A DNA stretch of 64,000 nucleotides. Source: the human T2T-CHM13v2.0 reference genome, Homo sapiens. The notes beneath the pieces are model-generated. The model saw nothing but the letters and a program-made list of their open reading frames with translations. It was not told the DNA's origin and did not search any database. This document shows, in pieces, positions 1-14,640 of the stretch. The stretch is taken from assembly GCF_009914755.1 (NCBI RefSeq), contig NC_060926.1, one strand, 5' to 3'. Each line of letters begins with the position of its first letter. Position 1 is the first letter of the stretch. The translations under genes and the position numbers were made by a program.

Positions 1-499
1 CTATTAAGCTATTCATAATATAACATTCATTAATATATTAAATAATCAAAATCCAAATATTATTCCAACACTACACAACTCATCCAAATTAATTAATTAA
101 TCACAATGAATTTTCTTGAAGTCAAAAAGAAAATTATAGACTAATTTAATCAGATGTTTCTAAAAAATTTATTAAAATAAAAGCTTTACTAACTTTAAAC
201 AGAAAAAAGAAACAAGAATATTGGAATAATTAAAACTTACTAATGTACTTATAATTAAACAAATTATAAAATTTACCAACTTCTAAGATTTAATTATTTA
301 TTCATAATTCCTAATTTTATTATTATTTTTATTCTGCTTATTTTCAAGGCTGCAGTAATAATAAAAGGTATTCACTCTTATACCTCTTTAGAAGTTCAGT
401 AATCTTTTAGTGGTTAAAAAGAATGAAACCTCAGATTAGCCTGAGATGTTGATTTTTGAGATATGAATGGATTGATTCTTGTTTTAACAGGGATCTTAG

Positions 500-812
<313 letters not shown>

Positions 813-1350
813 AAAGTTAAATATTTCTGAGTTAAGTCATTGATCATTTATAATCATGCATTGCTTGTTATAGCAATTTGAGTTACATTTTCCACATAGA
901 TTTAAGTTTTTGAAGCTAATAATTTGTATAATAATTTAATTACTAACTCATTGTCAGGCATTTTGTATATTAACTCTATTGTTCATGTAACTGGAAATTC
1001 AAGAATGTTTTCTCAATATGAAGAGTAGGATTCCAGAGATATGTCATCTACTGGTAGATGAGAATTGAAATTCTCTTGGGCAACTCTTACTTAAGAAACC
1101 ATTGGAAAATTTATTTGGAAACTCAGACCATATCAGTACATCACCATTGATAGCAATTATCTTCCATATCCTTTTTCAACCTGCTTATTTTGTATTATCA
1201 TTGTTGCTGGGCAGTCAATTATGTTGATCCTAATCTTTATTGTGAAGAATTGACTCACTCACATTCTATTATACCTTTATTACATTCACATTTTATTATA
1301 AATCATTTTCACCACCTTTTATATTATAATCACATTTTTGCAAATGAATA

Positions 1351-1957
1351 TCTGTACCCCCATGTTTATTTCAGCATTGTTCACAATAACAAAGACAGGG
1401 ACCCAACTTAAATGTGTATCAAAAGATGAAGGAATAAAGAAAATGTGATACACATACACAGAGGAGCACTATTCAACCATAAAAGCAGAAATTCTTTCAT
1501 GTGCTGCAACATGTATGAAACTGGAGATCATTACGTCAAGTGAATAGACCAGGTAGAAAGGCAAATATCACCTACTCTCACTCACGTGTGGAAGCTAAAA
1601 TGGTTTGTCTCGTGGAAGTAGAGAGTAAAACAATGGTTACCAGAGGATGGGAAGAGCAGTGGGGGAAGGGTTGTGTGAAGAAAGGTTAGTTAATGGGTAC
1701 AAACATAGACTTAGATGGACTGAATCAGTTCTACTGACTCATAGCACAGTAGGGTGACTATAGTGAACAACAGTGTGTTGTATATTTGAAAATAGCTAGA
1801 AGAGGAAATTTGAAATGTTTCCCAACAAGAAAATGGTAAATATTTTAGATGATAGATATCCTAAATACCCTGATTTAATCATTACACATTATGTGCATGT
1901 ATCAAAATATCACATGTATCCCATAAATATGTACAATTATTATGTAACAATAAAAAT
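1351..1957 (+). mobile_element. L1M (L1MA-like) 3' end: ORF2 tail and 3'UTR
   Basis: CCCATGTTTATTTCAGCATTGTTCACAATA ... CCCATAAATATGTACAATTATTATG ... AATAAAAA. Confidence 0.85.
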
Positions 1958-2190
1958 TACTTTCATACTTCATATTAGATTTAACATTTTGCATATTAAT
2001 ATAAGTCAATGATAGTTCATAAACAACTATAAAATTATTATCAATGATTACTGATGCAAAGGTTATCACCTGGCCATTAGAAACTCCTTTGTCTTTTTAG
2101 TGCTTTCCTGACATTCCTGAAATTGTCCTTGAATTTTGCCAATCACAAGATATTTCATGCCCATATGAAGATTTCAAGCTACTCTCCAAA

Positions 2191-2292
2191 TGAGATAGGA
2201 GTTCCAGCAGGACTGGTTTCACAAGATACAGGTCACAAAGACCTGGCTGATAAAATAAGATGTTGAAAAGAAGCTGGACAAAACCTGCCAAA
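2191..2292 (+). mobile_element. MER41-family LTR fragment (ERV1)
   Basis: TGAGATAGGAG...CACAAGATACAGGTCACAAAGACC...GCTGATAAAA resembles MER41; truncated. Confidence 0.65.
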
Positions 2293-3312
2293 GGGTAGAA
2301 TGGTGGTTTCTGGAGGCTGGAGACACAAGGCATGAGGTGCTATTGGTCAACAGGTGCGAAGTGTCATTTATGAAATAAAGATAATTTCTAGAGATACTAT
2401 GTACAGTATAGTTTTGTAAACCAAAAATAAAATTCTAAGCACCACCCCCCTGGCCTTCCCAACTATCTGAATGGATCACTCCTCTTGGTCAAGGGCTTTC
2501 CAAAGTTAACCTGAAAAACTGGTTCAGGCCATGATGGAAAGTGAAGGTTGCACATTCATCACAGATGAACAACATTAACATCAACACAGAGACCATAAGC
2601 CTGACAGAATAGACACTATAAGTCTGATAAGAAACATTTAAAATCTATTCTTGCTGACGTCTACTATCTGGAGGCTTCATCTGCATGATAAGATCTTGGT
2701 CTCCACATCCTCTTACGGCAACCCAGACATTCCCTGGTATTGATTCCAGGTCTCTAAATAATAACTCTTTTAACTGATTCCCCTTCAGACAATCTTTGAA
2801 TCTGTCTATGACCTGAAAGCCCCCACTTCCAGTTGTCAAGCCTTTCTGGACAAACTCAGCATACATCTTACATGTATCAACTGACATCTTATATCTCCCT
2901 AAAATGCATAAAATCAAGCTGTTGCCCAACCACTTTGAACACGTGTTCTCAGGATCTCCCGGGGGCTGTGTCCTGGGCCATTGGTCACTTGTTTTTGCCT
3001 CAGAATAAACCTTTTCAAATATTTTACAGAGTTTGACTCTTTACTTCAACAATTTCTATAGTTTACAATACTGTACCGTACACTTAAAAATTCACTTAGG
3101 GAGTAGATCTTATCTTGTGTTCTTATCACAGAAATAAAATAAAATAATAATAATAATATAGAGGAGACTTTTGGAGACAATGGATATGTTTATGGCATTA
3201 ATTGTGGTGATGGTGTCACAGATATATATTTGTGATGGTGTCATAGATAATATATTTTTCTCCAAAATCATCAAGTTGCACTTTAAGTATATACCAGCTT
3301 TTTGTACATCAT
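2293..3312 (+). mobile_element. L1MB-like 3'UTR, split by a MER4 LTR
   Basis: GTAGAATGGTGGTTTC... before the LTR and GATGGATATGTTTATGGC-type 3'UTR motifs after it. Confidence 0.7.
2415..3051 (+). mobile_element. MER4-family solo LTR (MER4B/D/E-like, ERV1)
   Basis: Starts TGTAAACCAAAAATAAAATTCTAAG; AATAAA near the end; ends ...GTTTGACTCTTTACTTCAACA; degenerate 4-bp TSD GTTT/ATTT. Confidence 0.85.
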
Positions 3313-3847
3313 TTGCATGTGCACAAAGTGTTTGCCCTCCGGTACTTCTCTCAGCAGCTTGATGGTTGTAGCCTAAGGAGGCTGTAGAAGATACCAGGAA
3401 CGACGGCTAATCAGGAGTTAGGTGCAGCTGATATCAGAAGCTTTCTGAAGAGTGCAATGGCCCAGTACTTTCATGGGCTTATTTTTCATATCAGAACCCT
3501 ATCAGATATTACATTTATCCTCGCATCAATAGATTTTCCATACTAAGGACATTCCCATCAAATTTCTCACATTTATGGAATGTGAGAAAAAGTTTGCTTT
3601 TGTGAATGAATAACAGAAAACCAGATGGTTGATATGTGTTATTATATGACACCCATAAGCATACATAAAATCATGTATCCAGTGTCTAGAATTGTACTCA
3701 CCACATATATAAATGCTCAATCAATATTTATTGAATAATTGAATAATAAAAAGTGAGAGAGGTTACCATGGAGAGTTAGGTACACAATTTTCTTGTTTTT
3801 TCTACACTTCCATTTCCATTATGGTAAAATGAAAATAATAATAGTGT

Positions 3848-4383
3848 TGATGCCGGTGGGCTGGAGAGGTCCCCAAAAGCTGATGGGACCTCAAATCCAG
3901 CTGGTGTCCAGTCTTTTGACACTGCTGCAAGAAGGAATACAAGGAAGAGTCAGAAAATCATGAATGTACAAAGATTTATTGAAAAGCAAAAAGTATGCCA
4001 ATGAGAGCGTGGGAGTACTCAAGAAAGGGTCATGCAACAGGGTTTAAGGCTGCTACCTTTATGGATTTCTTCAACCAAGGAGTGAAATATTCATGAAAAT
4101 TCCTGGAAAAAGGTGGAGACTTCTCAGAACTATGGTTCTACCTATTTATACACCAAATATGTGTGTTCTTGGAGCCATTATGGTGCTTGAAGTGTGTGAT
4201 TTAGCATATAATGAGGTCCTAGGGGAAACCTAAGTCAAATCTAACACTATGTTGAGTCTAGTTGCTTTTAGCCAGCTTGGTCCACACTGTTTTTCAGGGT
4301 CTTATCAGCCCATAGCCTCTAGTAATGTGAAACTACTGTCTGGAATTTTAATTCTCTGACCACCCTTTATTATTCCTGTGTCA
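3848..4383 (-). mobile_element. ERV1 (MER4-group) solo LTR inserted in a MIR
   Basis: TG...CA termini; exact 4-bp TSD GTGT (3844-3847, 4384-4387); TTTATT (reverse polyA signal) near 3975; flanks rejoin into a MIR core. Confidence 0.8.
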
Positions 4384-4887
4384 GTGTTGCCTCATAGATT
4401 GTTGTAGGGATTTAAAATATCCATACATTTCAATTTCCTTTTAAATAGAAATAACTTCGTTTTGGTTACCCTCTGTTATTTTTATTAACATCACCATAAT
4501 CATAAGCTCTTCCTCATGAAGAAGGAGCTGGAAAGTTCTGGAGTAAATCATTCCTTAGAATTTATCACGTAAGTGCCTTTGCCAGTCCTGGACTGAGCTT
4601 ACACAGCTGCAAGTCTTGTTAGGGATTCAGACTTCTGCTCACCTGCCTGTCTGCTTCTATAGAGGAGAAGTCCATCCTTTTGATGTTAGAACACTATTGA
4701 AGATGATAATCACCCTGCACTGCCTTCTCTACAATTCAGGTACTATTTTCCTGGAAACACATTCTCTTCTCTCTAGAATATATCTTAACCACAACCGACT
4801 TCATTTACTGTTGGTGAAAGTTAGGCCAGTCTTACCTGAGGTTGGAAGAAGCAGCTTTCATACAGGCTGTGGATTTGGTGGTTCCTG

Positions 4888-5435
4888 TGAAGGAAATAAA
4901 AAATATTTTATCTCCAAATATATTTCTTTTACATATTTTGAAATGGCTGCCTCAAGGCCAGCAGACTGAGGTGGGGGAAATTTGCATCTGTAGAGAATCT
5001 CCATTAATGTGACCATGCCTCCCTCTTCTGTGCCTTTCTGGATCTGGGAGAGATTGATAATTTGACACTTTAAAAGTCTAAAAAGGAACATTTACCCTCC
5101 ATTATCTCTGAGGGAGGCTTCATCTACATAGCAAGGCCACCTTTGCTAATTAAGCTTCTTCCTTTCTCTTTCTCATCACCTGTCTTGCCACTGAATTTGT
5201 TTAACCAGAATTCAAGCCGTCATTCTTTCTGCCTCAATATAGTGTATAAGCTTCTGTTACTCTTTGAAAAGTTGAATCTTCATTCCAAAGGCTCCAGTTT
5301 CTGCACATTAAATCAATTTGTGCACCTTTTCTCCTATTAATCAATTGGTGCACCTTTTCTCCTATTAATCAATTGGTCTCAGGTCAGTGATTTTTTAGCG
5401 ACCCTTTAGGGGGCCAAGAGCCTCTGGCCCCCACA
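4888..5435 (+). mobile_element. ERV1 solo LTR (MER34/LTR48/LTR49-like)
   Basis: TGAAGGAAATAAAAAATATTTTATCTCCAAATATATTTC... to ...GGCCCCCACA; near-TSD CCTG/CTTG; subfamily uncertain. Confidence 0.75.
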
Positions 5436-6003
5436 CTTGGAAGCCTCTTATTGAAATGATTTTCTTTATCTGTTGGCTGAATCCCTAAAAATTCAAGTAA
5501 GCATAACTTTATCAGTTGCATATGCCATTTAAAATGTAAGCATATCTGAAGGAGAATAAGTGTAACTACTAATTTATCTTCTCTCCTCACTTATTTCCTT
5601 CCTCCCACAAATATACATTGGGACACCCTTTTGTGCCAAGCATTGAGGCTTTAGGAGTGTAGAGACAATGGCTGTAACCTCTGTGAGCACAGAAACAAAG
5701 ATTTTAATAATGACAGAACAGAAAAATGATTGACAAATGTTATAGTAGTGCTTTTTGTAAGATAGCGGTTCAGAGTGGGGAAAGAAGGAAGTAATCAGCT
5801 CTTAATGAGAGGTAGTGTAGCATGAAAGGAGGCATGGGAGCACCTCTGCTTGTGTTGGATAAGTAGAATTGCACCAAATAGGCAAGATAGGAGGGGGAGG
5901 TTATTCTATGCAGATGAAGGGGTAAGTGCAGAGCACTGAGGCATGAAAGACTACAGCATGCTTTACAACCACAAATCAATAAAAAATGCTTAGGGTATGC
6001 ATA

Positions 6004-6011
6004 GTGTGTGT

Positions 6012-6048
<37 letters not shown>

Positions 6049-6065
6049 CGGGAGAGAGAGAGAGA
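6004..6065. repeat. (TG)n plus (GA)n microsatellite
   Basis: Visible directly. Confidence 0.95.
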
Positions 6066-9000
6066 AATGGAGGTTCCAGAGAACCGATCCATGGAAGTCT
6101 TTGCAGGCCATGTGAAAAAGTTTCAATTTGATCCTAAAAAGTTTGGTGAGCTATTGATAGATTATAAGTACCGAGATGGACAAACTTATTAATTAAATTA
6201 TCAATCCTCTTTTATTTATTTTTCTTAGAGCACTGGTTAGTATGCTAAAGACAGCCACCAAGGAAGTGTAAAGTCCAAGAAGAAATGTCCCAAGTATCAA
6301 CCACACAGACCAACACCTTCTCTTGGCCTTGGGATTACAAAGAAAAGAGCACAGCCAAATTGACAAGACAGTCAGGAAATAGATGGGCAATGCTGTGTGA
6401 GGGGCACAGTGATCGAAATGTCAGCATCTAATAGAAGCTTGCAGGAAGATGTTGTCAAGTTTATCTTGTTCGGGCATGGAGATCTAAAGTGGATTGTTAC
6501 GAGAACAATTTTTTTTTGTTAACGAAAAAATTAAGCAATTTTTTATATCATGTGTACCACATTTTTTATGACAACGGTCTATTATTTATACTGATAACTA
6601 AGTAAAAGTCTAACTATTCTGCTGGTTTCATTGGCTGGTTTGGTTATTTTACAGTAAAAAAAAAAAAAAAACAAAAAACTTGTGTGGAATCCCCAGTTTT
6701 TAAAATGTCAAGAAAGATACCCTGGGACTTTTAAAAGATGGAACTATACCTTGTTTTCACATTCTTCACTTGGCCAACTCCATGAAATAATGCTATCAAA
6801 TAAATAGCAATTCAGTCAATGGATAAATTTTTAAAATAAAAGTTTTAGTCATATGAAGAGTGAAGACCTCTTCAGTTATTTTAAACAAAGCTTAATATGT
6901 GAATAAATTGCTTTCACACTCTCAAAGTGTATAATTAAGCACTGAAGACCAGAGAATGAAGATTTAAATTATTCAGGAAAGATTCTTGGAACTATTTACA
7001 AATGAATTACCTGCTCTATGAATCATTTATACAATACCAAACTTATTAATGCCCCTATTAATACAACCTTTGTCTGATACAAGCAAAAATAATTCATATT
7101 TTTACAATACAGTGTCCTACAATAATTCAGCTTGACCAACATTCAAACCTTTGCTCAGCTTGTTGGATTCATGACTTAGCATCACACTCAAAAGACATCT
7201 AGGTTCAGTTATGTGCACTGGCCATAGCCAGAATAAGGGGAAAGGCTGCTATGATCTCCAATGTGGATTTAACAAGTTAACTAAGCCTAATGTTGTCCAT
7301 GTTATATCCGCTGCCATTTTTATCACTATGTGCTCATCTTGCTACCTCCTAAGGAAGAACTGGCAACTTCTTCCTGTTCTCCAAATGGAGATATAGGACT
7401 TGCACACAAAATTTACAATGGGAAATAGTGTGTTGTTAATTATACAGGTCATTTATATCTGGGAAAGAAGAAACATATTATGATACATTTAAAATATCTT
7501 ACTAAGTACAATTCTTTAATGTTATTTAAAAAATATTAGCATGTTATCTTATATTTTATGCAAATAATCATTTTTTGCTTTAAAATGTGAATTCGCTGCC
7601 AAACTTGTGTTCCCACGGTTCCTCAGTTAAAACCCAAAATGTTTACTACAACATACAAAGCTCTCTATTCTTCTCTGTACTCATCATCACTCTAATATCT
7701 TATGTTCTAGAGTCATGATTTTTTAATGCTCCAGCCGTACTATATTTTCTTCAACTCCTTCAATTCAACAAGCTGTCACCCTACAGGGCCTGCACATACG
7801 CTGTTCACTCTGCCTGAAAATTATCCCTGTACACATCACACTCTCATTTGCACCTATTCATCTTCCACGTCTAAAATCAAACTTTAATTTCTCAAGGCAG
7901 CCTTCAATAGTCTGGAAAGGAAAGCAGGGTCCTGATGAATTAAGCTAAGGGGCTTAGATTTTACTCTCAGGCATTTGCATCCCTGTAGGAAAATTCCTAT
8001 GACTAAATGTCTGGGCAGCTCCTGTAGTGGCCAACAGCTCTCAAGTTGAAGAGAGATGGAACCAGGTTTAAATCCAGCCTGCACTCTCTATTATTAGTAT
8101 GCTGCAGGAAATTCATAAACTCTCTTGAATGCCTTTTCAGAATCTCTCTCCAATAGCCAGTTGTTATTTATTATTATTATTTTTAAAAAATACGTGAGGG
8201 TTAGATGAGGTCTAGGGGTCAGGGATAAGACCAGAGGAGGAAAAATCATTAAGATATTTGTGATTGGCTGAAAGGAATTTGTGTGTTCATTTTAGACATT
8301 TAAGCCTCCTGGTAAATTTTTGTTAAAATTGTTGTTGGGGAAAGGATGGCACAAGTTCTTACCACTCATTTCTTTTCCCTGCCTAGCTATTTATTTGAGC
8401 TGGCAACACTGAAAGGGCAAGGGCCAATAATTTAGATTCACTATTACCTCATTTGACAAAGCCATGCTTCTAAAACTCAGTGTGTATTAGAATCATGAGA
8501 GTTTCTGGTTCAGTAAATTTAGGGCTTCCGAGAATGCCTATGTTATCAAGCACTCCAACTTTTACACACACTGTACTTCCAGAAATGGTCACTCCTGTGA
8601 TGGAGGAAAATATGTTCATAAATGAGGAATAGTGTAGATCTCTTTCTCATTGCAGAATGAAAGTAAGAGATGGGTTGTCAGAGGCCAGCAGTCCTTTTCA
8701 CAGCTGAGAAAAATACATTCAAGAACACATCAAGGATCCGCTTAGGGTTACATACCATGTTAGTATTAGAACCAGGCCCAGGGTGCTGATATCCTACTTC
8801 CCAGCTGGTTTTCATTCTATTTTACCAATTTTCCCAGTTGTCTGAAGACAATTATTTATATGCTCATAGAGCTCCTTACCACATCCTCACCTATGAGAAT
8901 GACACAGATCTCTGGCATTATTGAGGACATATTTAGAGACATATTTAGAGGGCATATTGAGAGACCCTAGAGACAGCTAAGGTTAGAAATGTTGATAAGA

Positions 9001-12000
9001 AAGGGTCTATATCCTATGGACAAAGAAACACATTAAAAATCAAGTATCCATGCTTTCCTATGCTAGGAGGAGAAAATTCAATATCTAATGCAGATTCAAC
9101 GTTTGCTTTATTTTATAGAGAAGGAAGAAGATTTGCGTGCTTTCCCTTTGTTTAATTTTGGGGTCATAGCACTGCAAACTCTCAGAAACTCTTGCTTAAG
9201 TCACTTTCAATGTCTTATTGGCCATCCTGGGGCATTTTGACAGTCTTCATTGAACCAGAGAGAAATGATTGTCTAAAAAGAAACCCCCACGGTATTGTTA
9301 TAAGGCTGTATTGCAGTATTCATGGCAGAGTTTGTATGAGCATCTGATTACATGCTGCAAAAGCCACAGTGCTTCCCTGATTCCCTTGTGTGTTTTCAAA
9401 ATATTTCTTCAGCCTCATACAGCAAGCCAGTTACCATCGCTCACAGCTAAATTGGTCATATACTTGACCTTCACCGTGTTCCAAGGCTGCCTAGCTACTT
9501 TCCACAACATTCTTGTATACATACTACATTATTATGAAAAGATGAGGCCAATTTCTTACCACATAATCACCTAATTTAATACTTCCACTAAGAGAAGATA
9601 TCGATTCTCTGCTTACCACGTATAAGGTTCTGAGGAATGTGTTTTATATACATTTCTTCATTTAATTATCACAAAGCCTCCTGGGGTGTCATTTCCTCCA
9701 TTTTAAAAGGACCACACTAAGTCACAGAGAGGCAAAGAGGTTAACTAACTGTGTAAGATTCACATCCAATGGTTGAAATAAATATGTTTTGCCTTGCCCG
9801 ATGTTAACATGAATGAAACCATGAAGGAGAGACGCAGATCTTAAAGTTGACGCTTGCCAAAGTTGGAAAGTAGGCAGAGGACTTGGTAGATGAGATCACT
9901 TGAGTACTAGAGTATAGTATTTATCTTAGAATGAATTATTGAGCCCTGACTGAATTTATTTGATAAGAGTTGTTGGTTAGGTCATGGCCATCCACTGATC
10001 TAAGACAAGATGGTCAGATCTGGTTGAGATATAACAAACAAGAAAACAGAAACCTTAGAAAATGTTAACTTTGAAACAGAATATCAAAAGTCACTACCCT
10101 TCAACTTTGTTTTTCTCTTGGATTGTGTTTTTATATTCAACCAACAAACAAAGGCTGCCTATGACTGGAAACTTTGCACTAAAAATGTTACATTTCTTTT
10201 TCTCTTTGTCAGGGCTTTTTTTTTTTTTGGCTATAAAATGCAATACTTTATTTTCTCTTCTCTTATTTCTCCCTAACATTTCCATTATATTTTCCTTTAG
10301 AAACAATATAATTACTAAACAGCATTACCTGAAATATGTGTATATAAAATTATAGCATCAGTAGTCAGGATCCTTGCTGTTGTTAAGAGGTTAATATTGA
10401 TACATATACAATGGGTTGTTCAAGAAATATGATAAAATAGAAAACTATTTCACAAATGATTATCTACTGTTGTTTGAGTTTTGTTCTAGCTTTGGGTATG
10501 AGCAAAGAAATTATATGAATGCTCTATGATAGTATTTTATCTGAATTATTTTGTACTCATGTTGATTCAGGTATTACATCAACATGTTTCAGTTTCAATA
10601 TTTAAACTTAATTATACACTCCAAAACCACTGACAATATAAAAGTTTTCTTGTCAAAGCACCAGATATGAGTATTTTAAAAGGTTTATTTCCATTATGTA
10701 TATAATCCTGCTTATATTTGGACATTTCAAATTATAGGTGTAGTGGAAGGCATTTTTTATTACTCTGTGCTTTGAGAATTCTGGATATTATAATACACCC
10801 TATTAGAATTGATGTATCATTACATATTATAGATAAACTCATATACCACTAATGTGAGAGGAGTTATAAAATTGAAATAGAATAACAATTTTTTCTGGTT
10901 TCTCTGGTGCTTTATGCACTTCATTTACTAAAAACATAAAATGGTCAGTAAAATATTTACTAGGACTCTGAAAGTCTCTAAAGGCATAAATTGAATTTTG
11001 CAGTATCTCTAGTTTTCTATAAAGCACCTTGCTTCACAATGCAACAGTCTGGATTTTTTTTTTTTAATTTGAGAATGTGTGTCTTTTGAGGCCATTCTAC
11101 CTCAATTCAGCAGTAAAGACTATTCCCATTATTTATTTAAACTGTTAAATTTTTCTGTGTGGTTCACTGATAAATATTACAGGATATACAGCAGCTGTGC
11201 AATTATTTTATATAAGAGTTTATAATACTTTACATATTTAGTTACAACAGAGACACTGTTCTATATATTTCTTAGACAGCAGGTCTTTATAAATTGAGAA
11301 GTTTCCAATATTTTTCCAATATTAGTAGTGTCTGTGCCATTATTGTATCTTCCTCTTTCATATTTTATTGATTCTCCCTCCCCCACAATAACCCAGGGTC
11401 ACTTGTGGTCCCCATTCCTCTGTCTCTTGTGTTGGAGGATACATGACACATTGCTTAATGGAATGAGGATCCAAAGCTTTAAATATGTCATGGCTTTCAG
11501 AAGGCATAATTAAAAGGAGGAGCTAGAAGAATAGTGCAATCCAATAGAAAATAATGTATTTTCAATCATACAGTTTTCTGGAATCATTTGGAAAATGGCT
11601 GAGCAGCACTACGAAGTTGTTTAATCCTTTATGCTCATCTTACAGGTTGGCTGTCTATCCCACCAAAGGTAAAAAGCTAGTCCCAGAAGCTAATAGTTTG
11701 ACATCATGCAGCTCATTTTATTTCTAATATCTAACACGTGTTCATTTGATTTTATTTGTTAAGCAAAAGTAATTCATGCTCATTGAGTTTTTTAAATCTC
11801 TCTTGTCAAGGTAAAATGTTTCTATTTCTCCCTTTATTTCCATACCCTAAAGGAATTGTTATAAACCTATAAGTGGAAATGCGAAGTTAAGTTATATTTT
11901 CTTTTTTAAAACAACTTTTTAACATGCTTCTCTTTAACCCAATTCTTGATGAAAGCTCAATTAGTAATACTTAGTTATTAACATTAATGTACTTGTATGG

Positions 12001-14060
12001 TCTTTTCTGACATATCATTTTATTTTGTCTTGTTATGTGAACCGAGATTTTCAGAAACGATTACTTATTTTGATGTTTTCTTTCCAAGAAATATGGCCAT
12101 TTAGCCCCTAGAGTGGATCAGCTTCACCCATTAGTTTTCTTAATCTCTTCCAGGAATTCCTGTGAGATAGCTTCTAGTAAATAGCAGTTACTAGGACATG
12201 CACTGCTTCAACTGAGTTACGTAATGCAGAACTCAGGGAAATTTTTATTCACATCACTGTTTAGTGGCATATTTTCACTTGAAGAGATAAGAAGAAGACA
12301 AAATGATCTTATTAAATAATGATATTTCAAACATATTCTCCAGGAACGAGTTTATCCCTAAAGGATATTCCATGTAATCAAACCATTTCCTTGAGCTTCT
12401 CTAATTTCCTAAAATAAAAACAGCAAAAGAAAAAGAAGAGAATTGGTGTGGGAACACCAGTGCAGTATAAATGCCCTCCTTCTCTTATGTCACGGATCTC
12501 ATTTCCTTTTTACTCCATAGGGTAGTTGCATGTTCTGAATGTTACATGCTTCTCTAATCTTTGAAGCTTTTTGCGTATGTGGCTTTGCTTAGAGTACCAT
12601 TCTACAGAGTCTGCCATCCAGTACCTGTACACATCATAGTCTTCCTTCAAAACCAATGTGGATTTTAAATCATTTGGGAAAATACATTTGATTCCTACTC
12701 TCTGGCTTCTAATCAGAATAAACTACCTCTCTTTTTTTGTGTCATCTTGGCCTCTTGTAGTTATATTCACAAGAATATTTATAATATTGTAAATAAGACC
12801 TTCTTTGTCTATTTACTTTTGTTTCCCCTGCTAGACTATATGCTCCGTGAGATAGTAAATCTGTTATTCATGTATCTATCTCCAGTTTCTTGAGCATATC
12901 TGCTGAATCAAAAATTATATGGACAGATAGAAAAATTAATTATAATCCATAAATTGTTTTCCTTTTGATGTACTCAATCTAAAATTGGCATTCCTTTATA
13001 ATCAGAATAGATCTCGAGTAAAAATGGGAGAATTTCCTCAGGATTCTGACTTCCTTGGAATACACAATATATATCAAGATCATGAGTTGTTATCTAATTT
13101 CTTGTTCTCTGATATACCTCTCTGTACTAATTTTTTGGTAAAAAATAATTAGACACTCTAGCAAGAAAAAAAGGTATATTTACAGAAAAATGTGGCAGCA
13201 ATTATTATGGTAAAATCGTTACTTAAACAGAATTTCATTTGGCACTTTTTTGAGCTAAAATCTGTTGAAAGAGCATTATTCAAGGGTCAGAGCCAGGAAA
13301 ATTCAAGCAATCAACACACTCAACTGGCAGCTAATTTAACACCAAAATTAATTCCTCATAAACCTTCCCAATATATACTTTCAACTTAGATCTGTAGGTC
13401 TTTATATCTGTTACCTATTGACACAGTAATGCTGTTTAACAGACCATCCCAGATAACCTAGTTGTAAAAATATATAAGCACCTATTTAGTTCATTTAAGT
13501 GGGAGCTGCCTGGGCTGGACAGGGCTCATTCATCTCTCTTGAATCAGCTGCAGATGGTGAGATATCTCTACTGATTTTGCCGGGCTCTTTCTCATGTTTG
13601 TAGGCTAGTTGGCTCATAGGTGTTCTAGGAAGCCTGTGCTAGGAAAAAAGAGAAAGATAGATTCTGCCTCATGTGTCTCATCCCACAGTCAGCTAGCTCA
13701 GGCATGTTCTCATGGCAAAAACACAGGAGCAAAAAGAAGCAGAAGTATGTCAACACTTTTTCAGTTCTCTCCTTAATCATAACTGCTAAAATCATATTGT
13801 GCCCAAAGCAAGGCACATGGCTGAAATCAGAAACACGGAGCAATATTGTGACTACAAAGTCATACTGCAAACATGAGGCTACAGGGAACGATGAAGACTC
13901 AGAGCTGTTAGTGTCATCAATATACTGTGGTTTGCCTTATGCCTATGATTATTCACACTCTCTTGTATGCACCATATGCTCACTTTTATCCCAGAATCTG
14001 ACACCTCATCTAATTACATCACTTTATGTCCAAGATCTTCTCAACCACAAAAGCATTAAT

Positions 14061-14287
14061 CAAGTTTTTCCAAACCACCACCCACAGGCTGCATGGGGCA
14101 CAGGATGGCATTGAATGCGGCCCAATACAAATTCATAAACTTTCTTAAAATACTGTGAGATGTATGCACAGACCTTTTTATTTTAGCTCATCAGCTATTG
14201 TTAGCCTTAGTTTATTTTATGTGGGATCCAATAAAATAATGCTTCTTCCAATGCGGCTCAGGGAACCCACAAGATTGGACACCCTTG
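14061..14287 (-). mobile_element. MER30 (hAT-Charlie DNA transposon fossil)
   Basis: TTGAATGCGGCCCAATACAAATTCATAAACTTTCTTAAAA ... AGATTGGACACCCTTG. Confidence 0.85.
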
Positions 14288-14640
14288 GTAGATGATAATT
14301 CCCTTGATTTAGAGACCACGAACAAAAAGACAAGCTGTCTGTTATCAACGTCTGACTCCATCCACACACACACTTACTTGAACATTCCCTAAAACAATGG
14401 TCAAACAGAGACAGGATGATGCAATAAGCACTCACATTTCCCAAAAGAGAAAGAAAGGGAGTCAAAGGGAAGTTGCTGCTTATAATTTTGAAATCCTGCT
14501 GAGCAACTGTAACCAAGTTGTTCCATTCTGGATAGGGTTTTCTTGATCAGGTACCACTTCTGTTCCCTGCCTGTGGCTCACAGTTTATTGTTTGCCATGT
14601 TCATTGGCTTTACCTTTGGGACATCCTTCTTTGTCCATAT

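Noticed and set aside
1-330. Strongly G-poor stretch suggesting APOBEC hypermutation or a NUMT
   Set aside because: More simply explained as a decayed A-rich old L1 ORF2 fragment; no recognisable mitochondrial gene
2191-2292. MER41 as an interferon-inducible STAT1 enhancer
   Set aside because: Only ~100 bp remain and I see no TTCNNNGAA site in the fragment
6205-6480. Splice-acceptor-like TTTTCTTAG (also TTCTTGTCTTACAG near 45860) as possible exons
   Set aside because: No coherent ORF or convincing paired donor; such motifs are frequent in AT-rich DNA. A lncRNA exon cannot be excluded without RNA data
13671-14114. Longest ORF in the window (147 aa)
   Set aside because: Crosses MLT1 LTR/internal and MER30 sequence; no recognisable domain
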